DNA from: an uncultured bacterium
GTDB taxonomy: Bacteria > Krumholzibacteriota > Krumholzibacteriia > LZORAL124-64-63
Direction of reading: 5' to 3'
DNA: 64,000 nucleotides
Assembly (NCBI GenBank): GCA_903912525.1
Contig: CAIWHK010000049.1
Location: forward strand, 21,269-85,268
Within the stretch, counting starts at the first letter, position 1. Every line of letters starts with the position of its first letter. Both the position numbers and the translations under genes were made by a program. The notes beneath the pieces are model-generated. The model worked only from the letters and a program-made list of their open reading frames with translations, searched no databases and was not told the origin of the DNA. Positions 17,908 through 27,108 of the stretch are shown here, piece after piece.

Positions 17908-18723
17908 ATGATGACCAAGCGCGCACACACGAGCAGCGGCCTGGCCGCGGTGTTGGCGTTGACGGCGCTGCTGGCGTCGTCGACGGCGCCGTCGCCTGCG
18001 CGGGCGCAGCTGAACGAGGAAGCGGTCGAGTACCAGGAGCACCTGGGCGGGATCGTGCCGGGCGACATCGTCCTGAAGGACGAGCAGGGGCTGCCCGTCA
18101 CCACGGGCGACCTCTTCGACAAGCCGACCATCCTCATGATGGTCTACTACGACTGCCCGGGCATCTGCACGCCGCTGCTGAACGAAGTCGCGGACATCCT
18201 GGGCAAGAGCCAGATGGACCCGACGAAGCAGCCGTTCCAGCTGGTCGCCGTCAGTATCAAGCCGACGGACACGCCCGAGACGGCGAAACAGAAGCGGGCC
18301 AACTACCTGAAGCTGGTGGGCCGGCCGCTGCCCGAGTCGACCTGGCGGTTCATGACCGCGGACCAGCCGTCGATCGACCGCATCACCGGCGCCGTCGGCT
18401 TCCGCTACAAGAGCGCCGGAAGCGAGTTCACGCATCCAGCCGGCCTGGTGATCCTGGCGCCCGACCGCAAGATCACGCGCTACCTGATAGGCAACGAGTT
18501 CCTGCCGTTCGACTTCCAGATGGGCATCTACGAGGCCTCGCGCGGGACGGTCATGCCGACCACCGCGAGGCTGATCAAGATGTGCTTCAGCTACGATCCG
18601 GAAGGCCGGACCTACGTCTTCAACATCATGCGGGTGACCGCGTTCGTGATGCTGACGACGCTGGTCGTCTTCGGTGCGTTCCTGTACTACACGACCCGCC
18701 GCAAGCGGCGCGGGGAGGGTTGA
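17908..18723 (+). CDS. SCO1/SenC family copper chaperone
   Basis: CxxxC 'CPGIC', conserved His 'FTHPA', C-terminal TM helix; first gene of the cox operon. Confidence 0.88.
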   Translation: MMTKRAHTSSGLAAVLALTALLASSTAPSPARAQLNEEAVEYQEHLGGIVPGDIVLKDEQGLPVTTGDLFDKPTILMMVYYDCPGICTPLLNEVADILGKSQMDPTKQPFQLVAVSIKPTDTPETAKQKRANYLKLVGRPLPESTWRFMTADQPSIDRITGAVGFRYKSAGSEFTHPAGLVILAPDRKITRYLIGNEFLPFDFQMGIYEASRGTVMPTTARLIKMCFSYDPEGRTYVFNIMRVTAFVMLTTLVVFGAFLYYTTRRKRRGEG

Positions 18724-18727
18724 TCCG

Positions 18728-20374
18728 ATGGCAGAATCGAAGACCGGGCCCGCCTGGACCGGCAACTACCTGCAGGACTACGGCAGCCGGCGGGGCCTGA
18801 TGGCCTGGCTCACGACGACCGACCACAAGCGCATCGGCCTGATGTACGCTGCGGCGATGTTCACGTTCTTCGCGGTGGCTGTCCTGCTGGGCCTGCTCAT
18901 CCGCCTGGAACTGATGAACCCCGGCATGCAGTACGTGACGCCTCGCGTGTACAACTCCCTGTTCACGCTGCACGGCGTCATCATGATCTTCCTGTTCATC
19001 GTCCCGGGCATCCCGGCGATCTTCGGGAACATCATGTTGCCGCTGCAGCTGGGTGCCGACGACGTCTCGTTCCCGAAGCTGAACCTGGCCTCGTGGTACG
19101 TCTACATCGCGGGGGCCATCCTGGCGCTGATGTCGCTCTTCGTGGGCGGCGGCGTGCCGGACACCGGCTGGACGTTCTATGCACCATACGCGCTGCGCTC
19201 GGGCAGCAACGTCTCGCTGGCCGTGTTTGCGGCGTTCGTGCTGGGCTTCAGCTCGATCATGACGGGCATGAACTTCATCACGACCATCCACCGGCTGCGC
19301 GCGCCCGGCATGGGCTTCTTCCGGATGCCGCTGTTCTGCTGGGGCCTGTACGCCACGTCGTGGATCCAGGTCATCGCCACGCCGGTCGTGGGCATCACGC
19401 TGCTGCTGGTGATCATGGAGCGTTCGCTGGGCATCGGGTTCTTCGACCCGGCGCGCGGCGGCGACCCGGTCCTGTACCAGCACCTGTTCTGGATCTACTC
19501 GCACCCGGTCGTGTACGTGATGATCCTGCCGGCGATGGGCGTCATCTCCGAGATCCTGCCGACGTTCGCCGGGCGCACCGTGTTCGGCTACAAGGCGATC
19601 GCGCTGTCGTCGATGGCCATCGCCATCGTCGGCTACATGGTGTGGGGCCACCACATGTTCACCGTGGGCATGAGCGACACGGCGCGGCGCGTGTTCAGCA
19701 TCCTGACGTTCCTGGTGGCCATCCCCACCGGCATCAAGGTCTTCAACTGGATGGCCACGCTCTACAAGGGCTCGATCCGCATCGAGCCGCCGCTGTTGTG
19801 GGCAGTCGGGTTCATCTTCCTGTTCTCGATCGGCGGCCTGACGGGCCTGGTGAACGGCGCCCTGTCGACCGACATCCACGTGCACGACACGGCGTTCGTG
19901 GTGGGCCACTTCCACTACACGATGTTCGGCGGCGCCGGCGTGGGGCTGTTCGCGGCCATGCACTACTGGTGGCCCAAGGTGTTCGGGCGCATGTACAATC
20001 GGAAGCGCGCGATCTGGGCCTGGGGCCTCTTCATGGTCGGCTTCAACCTGCTGTACTTCCCGATGCTGGTGATGGGCATCATGGGCATGCCGCGCCGTTA
20101 CGCCGACTACCTGCCCCAGTTCCATACGCCGCACCTGATTGCGACCATCGGCTCGTGGGTCATGGTCTCGGGCATCATCGTGATGCTGTGGAACCTGATC
20201 CGGGCGATCAGGCATGGCGCGCCGGCGCCGGCCAATCCCTGGGAGGGCACGACGCTGGAGTGGCAGACGACGTCGCCCCCGCCGCAGCTGAACTTCGCCG
20301 TGCCGCCGTCGGTGACGACCGGACCCTATGACCACACCGCGCTGCGCGCCGCCGCGGCGAAGGAGGCCCGTTGA
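18728..20374 (+). CDS. ctaD: Cytochrome c oxidase subunit I (A2 type)
   Basis: 'TDHKRIG', 'TGWTFYAP', 'YSHPVVY' (A2 YS motif), 'WGHHMF', 'HFHY', 'MPRRY'. Confidence 0.96.
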   Translation: MAESKTGPAWTGNYLQDYGSRRGLMAWLTTTDHKRIGLMYAAAMFTFFAVAVLLGLLIRLELMNPGMQYVTPRVYNSLFTLHGVIMIFLFIVPGIPAIFGNIMLPLQLGADDVSFPKLNLASWYVYIAGAILALMSLFVGGGVPDTGWTFYAPYALRSGSNVSLAVFAAFVLGFSSIMTGMNFITTIHRLRAPGMGFFRMPLFCWGLYATSWIQVIATPVVGITLLLVIMERSLGIGFFDPARGGDPVLYQHLFWIYSHPVVYVMILPAMGVISEILPTFAGRTVFGYKAIALSSMAIAIVGYMVWGHHMFTVGMSDTARRVFSILTFLVAIPTGIKVFNWMATLYKGSIRIEPPLLWAVGFIFLFSIGGLTGLVNGALSTDIHVHDTAFVVGHFHYTMFGGAGVGLFAAMHYWWPKVFGRMYNRKRAIWAWGLFMVGFNLLYFPMLVMGIMGMPRRYADYLPQFHTPHLIATIGSWVMVSGIIVMLWNLIRAIRHGAPAPANPWEGTTLEWQTTSPPPQLNFAVPPSVTTGPYDHTALRAAAAKEAR

Positions 20375-21027
20375 TGCGTTCCGAAAGCGGGACCCTTGGC
20401 GCGACGGCGGTATCGCCCGCCGCCGTCGCGCACCACGAGCATCGCGACGACATCGGCAGCAAGACCGGCATGTGGCTGTTCCTGTTCACGGAGCTGCTGC
20501 TGTTCGGCGGGCTGTTCATCGTCTATGCGGTCTACCGCCACAAGTACGGCACCGAGTTCCATGAGGCCGCCCACGAGCTGAACAAGGTCATGGGCGTGAC
20601 CAATACGTTTGTCCTGCTGACCAGCAGCCTGACGATGGTGCTGTCGGTGGGCGCGCTGCAGCGGGCGCGTGTGGCCGAGTCGCTGCGCTGGCTGGGCGCC
20701 ACGTTCGGGCTGGCCTGCTGCTTCCTGGTCATCAAGTTCTTCGAGTGGAGTGCCAAGCACCACCACGGCATCTGGCCCGGCGGCGAGCACCTGCACGCGA
20801 TGCCGCCCGGCGAGGGCATGTTCTTCAACCTGTACTTCATGATGACCGGGCTGCACGGCATCCACGTGCTGATCGGCATGGGCGTCATGGGTTCGATCGC
20901 GGCGCGCATCCGCTCGGGGCACGTGTCGGCCTCGCGCTACGCCGCCCTGGAGTTCACGGGGCTGTACTGGCACCTGGTCGACCTGGTCTGGATCTTCCTG
21001 CTGCCGCTGTTCTACCTGACCAACTGA
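20374..21027 (+). CDS. ctaE: Cytochrome c oxidase subunit III
   Basis: 'GMWLFLFTELLLFGGLF', 'TGLHGIHV', 'LYWHLVDLVW'. Confidence 0.93.
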   Translation: MRSESGTLGATAVSPAAVAHHEHRDDIGSKTGMWLFLFTELLLFGGLFIVYAVYRHKYGTEFHEAAHELNKVMGVTNTFVLLTSSLTMVLSVGALQRARVAESLRWLGATFGLACCFLVIKFFEWSAKHHHGIWPGGEHLHAMPPGEGMFFNLYFMMTGLHGIHVLIGMGVMGSIAARIRSGHVSASRYAALEFTGLYWHLVDLVWIFLLPLFYLTN

Positions 21028-21053
21028 GCGAACGGCGAGGGAAAGGGACGACG

Positions 21054-21401
21054 ATGCAAGATTCACACACGACGGGCGCCCACGCCCATCCCGCGCCGCA
21101 CGGCGGCGGCCACGGAGGCGACCATGCCGCGCATGCGCCTGTGGCGACCGGCACCTTCGTGTTGGTCTGGGTGGCCCTGCTGGTGCTGACGCTGGTCACC
21201 GTAGCCGCGTCGACCTGGTTTCCGGGCAAGGTCGGCATCGGGGTGGCCATGGTGGTCACGCCGATCAAGGCGGCGCTGATCCTCATGTGGTTCATGCACC
21301 TCAAGTACGAGGCCATGGTCTTCCGGACGATGTTCCTGTCCGCGATCGGGATCCTGGCCCTGGTCATGGGCCTGACGTTCTTCGACTATTCGTTCCTGTG
21401 A
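21054..21401 (+). CDS. Cytochrome c oxidase subunit IV family protein
   Basis: Three TM helices, 'KAALILMWFMHLKYE', His-rich N-terminus. Confidence 0.88.
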   Translation: MQDSHTTGAHAHPAPHGGGHGGDHAAHAPVATGTFVLVWVALLVLTLVTVAASTWFPGKVGIGVAMVVTPIKAALILMWFMHLKYEAMVFRTMFLSAIGILALVMGLTFFDYSFL

Positions 21402-21411
21402 GAGGGTGGGC

Positions 21412-22305
21412 ATGACGGGAGCTTCCAGTTATTCGGCGATGGTCGACAAGACCTTCTGGATGATCCTCGGTTCGTCGGTGATCATGCTCGTGGGCATCAC
21501 CGCCACCATGATCCTGTTCATGGTGAAGTACCGGCGGTCGCGCCATCCCGTCGCCAGTGACATCGAGGGCAGCGCCACGCTCGAAACGCTGTGGACCGTT
21601 CTGCCTACCGTCCTGGTGATGGTCATGTTCTACTACGGCTGGGCAGGCTTCAAGGTGATGCGCGAGACGCCCAAGGGCGCCATCCCCATCACCGTGCAGG
21701 CGCGCATGTGGTCGTGGTCGTTCAAGTACGAGAACGGCAAGCAGACGACCGACCTGTACGTGCCTGTGGGGCGGCCCGTGGCCGTGAACCTGGAGTCGGC
21801 GGACGTCATCCACAGCTTCTTCGTGCCGGCCTTCCGGGTGAAGGAAGACTGCATGCCCGGGCGCAAGAACCACGCCTGGTTCCAGGCCGAGCGCGAGGGC
21901 GTCTACGACCTCATGTGCGCCGAGTATTGCGGCGACAAGCACAGCGCGATGCTGGCGAAGGTCGTGGCGGTGCCGGCGGACACGTTCGACGTCTGGCTCG
22001 AGCGCGGCGGCGGGCGGCCCACGGGCGAGAAGCTGCTGAAGATCAAGGGCTGCGTGGCCTGCCACAGCAGCGACGGCACCAAGCTTGTCGGCCCCAGCTA
22101 CAAGGGCCTGTTCGGCAAGAAGGAACGCGTGATGACGAACGGCGTCGAGCGCGAGATCACGGTGGACGAGGAGTACATCCGCCGCTCGCTGCTGCAGCCC
22201 AAGGCCGACGTTGTGGTGGGCTACCAGCCGCAGATGCCCGAGATGGGCAACCAGCTGGACGAAGAGGATATCCAGCTGATCATCGACTACATCAAGAGGC
22301 AGTAG
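21412..22305 (+). CDS. coxB: Cytochrome c oxidase subunit II fused to C-terminal cytochrome c
   Basis: CuA ligands 'DVIHSF...CAEYCGDKHSAM' and heme c motif 'CVACH'. Confidence 0.94.
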   Translation: MTGASSYSAMVDKTFWMILGSSVIMLVGITATMILFMVKYRRSRHPVASDIEGSATLETLWTVLPTVLVMVMFYYGWAGFKVMRETPKGAIPITVQARMWSWSFKYENGKQTTDLYVPVGRPVAVNLESADVIHSFFVPAFRVKEDCMPGRKNHAWFQAEREGVYDLMCAEYCGDKHSAMLAKVVAVPADTFDVWLERGGGRPTGEKLLKIKGCVACHSSDGTKLVGPSYKGLFGKKERVMTNGVEREITVDEEYIRRSLLQPKADVVVGYQPQMPEMGNQLDEEDIQLIIDYIKRQ

Positions 22306-22317
22306 GGGCGTGCGGCG

Positions 22318-23208
22318 TTGAAGACGTGGCTGGACCTGGTCAAGCTGAGGATCACCGTGGCGTCGACGGTGACGCTGGTGGTGGGCTACGTGATGGCGCG
22401 CGGGCGGTTCGACTGGCCGCTGCTGCCGCTGTCGCTGGGCATCCTGCTGCAGGCCTGCGGCGCCGCCGCGTTCAACCAGGTGCAGGACGCGAAGGTGGAC
22501 GCCCTGATGGCCCGCACCGCGTCGCGGCCGATCCCTTCGGGGCGCATCTCGCGCCGGAACGCGGGCATCTTCGCCGCCGCGCTGCTGGTGGCGGGCACCG
22601 CGCTGCTGTTCCTGTACTCGCCGTCGGCGGCCTGGCTCGGCGTCGGAGCGGCCGTCGTCTACAACCTCGTCTACACTCCGCTCAAGCGTGTGACGCCGTT
22701 CGCGGCCCTGCCGGGCGCGCTGATCGGCGCGCTGCCCCCGGCCATGGGCTGGACGGCGGCCGGCGGCTACCTGCAGGATCCGGCCATCCACCTGGTGTCG
22801 TTCTTCTTCTTTCTCTGGCAGATCCCGCATTTCTGGCTGCTGCTGCTGTTCTACGCGCAGGACTACCAGGGCGGCGGGCTGCCCTCGATGCTGGACCGGT
22901 TCGACCGGGTGCAGGTGCTGCGGATGACGTTCCTGTGGATCGCGGCGGTGAGCGCCGCGGCACTGCTGCTGCCGCTGGCGAACTTTTTCGCCCGCCCCGC
23001 ACTGGCCTACGTGCTCGCGGGCGCCGGCGCCCTGCTGGTGGTCCGCGCGGTGACGCTGCTGAAGCTGGCGGTGCCGGGCGTGACGCCGGGCGCGGCGTTG
23101 CAGCCGTTCCGCCGCGCCTGCCGGATGCGCTTCATGGAGATCAACACGTTCGCGCTGCTGGTCTGCGTGCTGCTGGTGGCGGACGCGCTGCTGCTGCCCG
23201 GTCGCTGA
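22318..23208 (+). CDS. ctaB: Protoheme IX farnesyltransferase (heme O synthase)
   Basis: 'DALMARTASRPIPSG', 'YTPLKR', 'WQIPHFW', 'QDY'. Confidence 0.92.
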   Translation: MKTWLDLVKLRITVASTVTLVVGYVMARGRFDWPLLPLSLGILLQACGAAAFNQVQDAKVDALMARTASRPIPSGRISRRNAGIFAAALLVAGTALLFLYSPSAAWLGVGAAVVYNLVYTPLKRVTPFAALPGALIGALPPAMGWTAAGGYLQDPAIHLVSFFFFLWQIPHFWLLLLFYAQDYQGGGLPSMLDRFDRVQVLRMTFLWIAAVSAAALLLPLANFFARPALAYVLAGAGALLVVRAVTLLKLAVPGVTPGAALQPFRRACRMRFMEINTFALLVCVLLVADALLLPGR

Positions 23209-23248
23209 TCCTGTCGGTCCGCTGATCCTGCCGGTCCGCTGATCCTGC
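23199..23248 (+). repeat. Three tandem 16-17-bp copies spanning the ctaB stop codon
   Basis: CGGTCGCTGATCCTGT / CGGTCCGCTGATCCTGC / CGGTCCGCTGATCCTGC. Confidence 0.85.
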
Positions 23249-23261
23249 CTGCCCCTGCCGC

Positions 23262-24383
23262 CTAGGGCTCCTTGCGGTCGTCGCCCCCGAACCAGCCCTG
23301 CTTCCGGAAATAGAGGAGCAGCCCCGCTGCCGTCCCCGCCATCAGGCTCAGGGCGAACGGGTAGCCCCACGCCCAGCCCAGTTCCGGCATGTTCAAGCGC
23401 GACTTGGTCGTGTCGAAATTCATCCCGTAGACGCCGGCGATGAAGGCCAGGGGCATGAAGATGGTCGCGATCACCGTCAGCACGCGCATGATCTCGTTCA
23501 TGCGGTTGCTCATCACCGACAGGTAGAGGTCGAGCAGCCCGGTGGCGCGGTCGCGCGCGGCCTCGTTCAGGTCGGCGACCTGCCGCGCGTGGTCCAGGCA
23601 ATCGCGCAGATGCAGGCGCGTGGTCTGGCTGAGGGTGGGGATCTCCTCGCCCAGCATGCGGAGGATCACGTCGCGCGTCTGCCACGAGATGCGCTGCCAG
23701 GCCGCCAGGTCCCGCTTCATCTCGTGGATGACGGGCACCTCGACGCGGCGGGGGTTGGTGAAGATGGTGTCCTCGATCTCGTCGATGCGCTTGTCGTAGG
23801 CGTCGATGACCGGGAAGTAGAGGTCGACCACCAGGTCGATGATGGCGTAGGCCAGGTAGTCGGAGCCGCCGGCGATCAGGCGCGGGCGCTTCTGGCGGAT
23901 GCGCTCGCGGATCGCGTCGAGCGCCGGCAGGGGGCGCTCGAGGAAGCAGATCAGCAGTTCCGGCGCGACGAACAGGCAGATCTGCTGGGTGGTCTGGCCC
24001 TCGGGGTCGGGCACGCGGAGCACGACGAAGTCCTGGTCCTCGTACTCGTCGAACTTGGGGCGCTGGTGGGTGTGCGCCACGTCCTCGAGGGCCAGGCGGT
24101 GCAGGCCGAACTGCTCGCCGAACCCTTCGAGCAGCGCGTGGTCCTCGACCCCGGTCACGACGATCAGGTTCACGCGCCCGGGCAACGCCAGTGCGCGCGC
24201 CGCCGCGGCGTCCGCCGCGGTGCCTTCGGTCACTTCCTGCTGGCAGTAGCTGATGACTTCCACCAGTGACGGCCTGGCGTCGGGGATCGGCGGCAGGGTG
24301 CCCGGCGAGGCGCCGGGCTTGCCGTGGCGGCGCTTGGGCGCCGGGCCATGGGTGCGGGCGGAACGGGCGGAACGCGAGCGCAC
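23262..24383 (-). CDS. corA: Magnesium/cobalt transporter CorA
   Basis: 'GLHRLALEDV...HQRPKF', 'YGMNF', 'MPELGWAWGY'. AGGAGG RBS before GTG 24383. Confidence 0.93.
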   Translation of the reverse strand: MRSRSARSARTHGPAPKRRHGKPGASPGTLPPIPDARPSLVEVISYCQQEVTEGTAADAAAARALALPGRVNLIVVTGVEDHALLEGFGEQFGLHRLALEDVAHTHQRPKFDEYEDQDFVVLRVPDPEGQTTQQICLFVAPELLICFLERPLPALDAIRERIRQKRPRLIAGGSDYLAYAIIDLVVDLYFPVIDAYDKRIDEIEDTIFTNPRRVEVPVIHEMKRDLAAWQRISWQTRDVILRMLGEEIPTLSQTTRLHLRDCLDHARQVADLNEAARDRATGLLDLYLSVMSNRMNEIMRVLTVIATIFMPLAFIAGVYGMNFDTTKSRLNMPELGWAWGYPFALSLMAGTAAGLLLYFRKQGWFGGDDRKEP

Positions 24384-24492
24384 GCGGGCCTCCTGGGTTG
24401 GCGATGACTTCCCGAACGGGCGCGGCGGCGGGGCGCCACGGGCCCATTGTGCGCCCGGGACGCGGGTTTTGGCAACGGCGGACGGGACGAAG

Positions 24493-25869
24493 CTAGGCGG
24501 TCGGGCGCCGGTAGCCGGTTTCCTGCAGCAGGGCCGCCAGTCGCGCGGACAGCTGCTGCTGCACGGCGGCGTGCTCGGGGCGGCCCGCGAGGTTGGTATT
24601 CTCGGCCGGGTCGCTGCGCAGGTCGTACAGCTCGGCCGGCAGGGTGGGGTCCTCGGGGAACGTGATGAGCTTCCACTCGCGCGAGCGCACGGCCAGACAG
24701 GTGGGCACCGGGCCCTCCTCGCGGAAGTACTCGTAGAGGAAGTCGTCGCGACCCTTGCTGCCCTTGAGCACGGGCAGCCAGCTGCGGCCCTGGACGCCGG
24801 CCGGCGCGGGAACGCCCGCCGCCTCGCACAGCGCGGGCAGCAGGTCGATGCCCAGCACCATCTCCTCGTTGACCTTGCCGCGCGGCGCCAGTTTCGGGTG
24901 CCTGACCAGCATCGGCACGCGGATGGACGGCTCGTAGGCGGCGCGCTTGTCGCGCAGGCCACCGTGCTCGCCCAGCATCAGGCCGTTGTCGCTGGTGTAG
25001 ATGATGAGCGTGTCGTCGAGCAGCGAGCGCTTCTTCAGCGTCTCCATCAGCCGGCCCACGCTTTCATCGACCGACAGCAGGCAGCGATGGTAGTTGCGCA
25101 GGTCCTCGGGCGTCAGGGCCCCGGCGTCGCGCCCGCCCCAGTCCGGCTTCGCGGACAGGCCGGCGCCGTCGGGGCCGCCGCGCGGGGTGAAGTCGACGCC
25201 CGCGTAGCGCTGGGCGTGCCTCTGGGCCGGGACGAACGGGGCATGCGCCGCCTTGTGGCCGAGCACGAGCATGAACGGCTTCGTGCGCTCGCGTTCGATG
25301 AACCGGACGGCGTGGTCGGTCAATTCGTCGGTGACGTAGTTGATGACCAGGTTCCACTTGCCGTCGACGTTCAGCGTGTTGCGGAAGTACTCGCCCTGTC
25401 CGGTGAAGCTGACCCAGTGGTCGAAGCCCGCGCGCGGCGTGCCGCTCTGCAGCATGTGCCACTTGCCGATGTAGCCCGTCTCGTAGCCGGCCTTCTGCAG
25501 GACCTCGGCGAAGGTGGGGCAGGCCTGCTCGGGGTCGCGCGAAAAGTTGTCGCGCACGCCGTGCTTGTGCGCGTAGCAGCCGGTCAGCAGGCTGGCGCGC
25601 GACGGGCTGCACAGGCTGGTCGTGACGAAAGCGTTCGGGAAGCGGACGCCTTCGGCCGCGAGCCTGTCGAGGTTCGGGGTCTCCAGGCGCTTGTCGCCGG
25701 CGCAGCCCATCGCGTCGTGGCGGACATCGTCCGTCAGGATGACGACGATGTTGGGCTGTCGCGCGCCGCCGCGGTCGCAGCCCGCCAGGTCGGCCAGCGC
25801 CAGTGTCGCGGCGCCGGCGCCGAGCAGGCGCAGCGCTTCGCGCCGCGAGATGGGGGGCAGGGGGCTCAA
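24493..25869 (-). CDS. Formylglycine-dependent (Cys-type) sulfatase, Tat-exported lipoprotein
   Basis: 'SRREALRLL' Tat motif, 'LAGC' lipobox, 'CSPSRASLLTG', 'GKWH', 'TSDNG'. Confidence 0.92.
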   Translation of the reverse strand: MSPLPPISRREALRLLGAGAATLALADLAGCDRGGARQPNIVVILTDDVRHDAMGCAGDKRLETPNLDRLAAEGVRFPNAFVTTSLCSPSRASLLTGCYAHKHGVRDNFSRDPEQACPTFAEVLQKAGYETGYIGKWHMLQSGTPRAGFDHWVSFTGQGEYFRNTLNVDGKWNLVINYVTDELTDHAVRFIERERTKPFMLVLGHKAAHAPFVPAQRHAQRYAGVDFTPRGGPDGAGLSAKPDWGGRDAGALTPEDLRNYHRCLLSVDESVGRLMETLKKRSLLDDTLIIYTSDNGLMLGEHGGLRDKRAAYEPSIRVPMLVRHPKLAPRGKVNEEMVLGIDLLPALCEAAGVPAPAGVQGRSWLPVLKGSKGRDDFLYEYFREEGPVPTCLAVRSREWKLITFPEDPTLPAELYDLRSDPAENTNLAGRPEHAAVQQQLSARLAALLQETGYRRPTA

Positions 25870-26765
25870 CGTCCCGCCGCTTCCCGCGGCATCGAGCGCG
25901 CCAGGCGCAGGCCGACATGCGTGAACCGCTGCTCAGGGAAGGCCTTCTGGCGCGCGGCCGAGCGGCAGTTGCGGCCCAGTTCGTGCCAGTTGCCGCCGCG
26001 AATGATGCGCTCGCCGCCCCGGTCCGGCCCGCGGGGGTCGGTGGCCGCGGCCGTCGTCTGGAACCCGTGCCGGTCCCAGCACCACTCGCTGATGTTGCCG
26101 TGCATGTCGTCCAGGTCCCACTGGTTCGGCGGGAACGAACCGACCTCGATCGCCTGGCCGCGCCACATGCCCTTCGGGCAGCCCTTCTGCGGGTCGTAGC
26201 CCAGGTAGTTGGCCTGCTCGGTGCCCAGGCACTCGCCGGTGTTGAAGACCGTGGCGGTGCCCGCGCGGCAGGCGTACTCCCACTCGGCCTCGGTGGGCAG
26301 GCGCAGGCCGTCCGAGGTGTGGTCCCAGGTCACCAGCGTGTCGCGGATCGTGTAGGCGACGGGGAAGCCCATCTTGCGCGAGAGGGCATTGCAGAAATTG
26401 ACGGCCTCGAACCAGCTGATGCTCTCGACCGGGCAGTCGGGGCAGTTGTAGAGGAAGCTCGGGTTGTTGCCGGTGATCGCGGCCCACTGCGCCTGGGTCA
26501 CTTCGTAGCGGGCCAGGTAGAAGGGGTTCGCGATGGTGACCTGGTGCCGGGTCTCGTCGTTGCGGCTGCCCCACTCGGTCTCGGGGCTGCCCATCTGGAA
26601 GGTGCCGGCCGGCACCATGACGAATTCGAGGTGGCCGCGCCCGACATCGTCGCGCGGCGAACGGCCGGCTCCCGTGGGGGGAGCAGGCTGCGCCATCGTC
26701 CGGCCTGCCACAAGCAGGGCCAACACACAGGCGGCGATGAGGATGCGCTGTCGGGGGTACAGCAT
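25866..26765 (-). CDS. FGE-sulfatase (SUMF1-like) domain protein, secreted
   Basis: 'FQMGS', 'YEVTQAQW', 'RLPTEAEWEYACRAG', 'DMHGNISEW', 'RGG'. Confidence 0.88.
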   Translation of the reverse strand: MLYPRQRILIAACVLALLVAGRTMAQPAPPTGAGRSPRDDVGRGHLEFVMVPAGTFQMGSPETEWGSRNDETRHQVTIANPFYLARYEVTQAQWAAITGNNPSFLYNCPDCPVESISWFEAVNFCNALSRKMGFPVAYTIRDTLVTWDHTSDGLRLPTEAEWEYACRAGTATVFNTGECLGTEQANYLGYDPQKGCPKGMWRGQAIEVGSFPPNQWDLDDMHGNISEWCWDRHGFQTTAAATDPRGPDRGGERIIRGGNWHELGRNCRSAARQKAFPEQRFTHVGLRLARSMPREAAGR

Positions 26766-26892
26766 CCCGTCGTCGTCTTTCGATGTCAGGTCAGGCGGCG
26801 CCGGGGCGGGGTGCCTGCGCCGAAGGGAGATCGTAACATATCCGTGATAGGCTGTATATGGGGTCGGTAAAGATGTCTTTCCCCGGGTGCGG

Positions 26893-26921
26893 TTGACAGC
26901 GCCCGGGGGCGGGGCTACCGT
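26893..26921 (+). promoter_or_regulatory. Sigma70 promoter of thiamine operon
   Basis: TTGACA-N17-TACCGT immediately before the riboswitch. Confidence 0.65.
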
Positions 26922-26929
26922 GGCGATAA

Positions 26930-27018
26930 CCGTTGGGGGTGGCCGAACCGGCTGGACCGGGTTGGCCTGAGAAAGACCCTTGGAACCTGAACCGGATCAT
27001 GCCGGCGTAGGGAAACGG
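26930..27018 (+). ncRNA. TPP (thi-box) riboswitch
   Basis: GGGG...CTGAGA-AAGACCC...GAACCTGA-ACCGGATCATGCCGGCGTAGGGA with P1 CCGTT/AACGG; thiN lies downstream. Confidence 0.95.
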
Positions 27019-27027
27019 GCCGCTTGC

Positions 27028-27063
27028 GGCGCCTTCCACGACATCGGGGGGCGCCATTTTTTG
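27028..27063 (+). terminator. Riboswitch expression-platform terminator
   Basis: GGCGCCTTCC-N8-GGGGGGCGCC-ATTTTTT between the aptamer and the ATG. Confidence 0.75.
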
Positions 27064-27108
27064 TACGCGGTGACGTTCCCGCACCGGCCACCTCGAGTGG
27101 AGGCGGCC

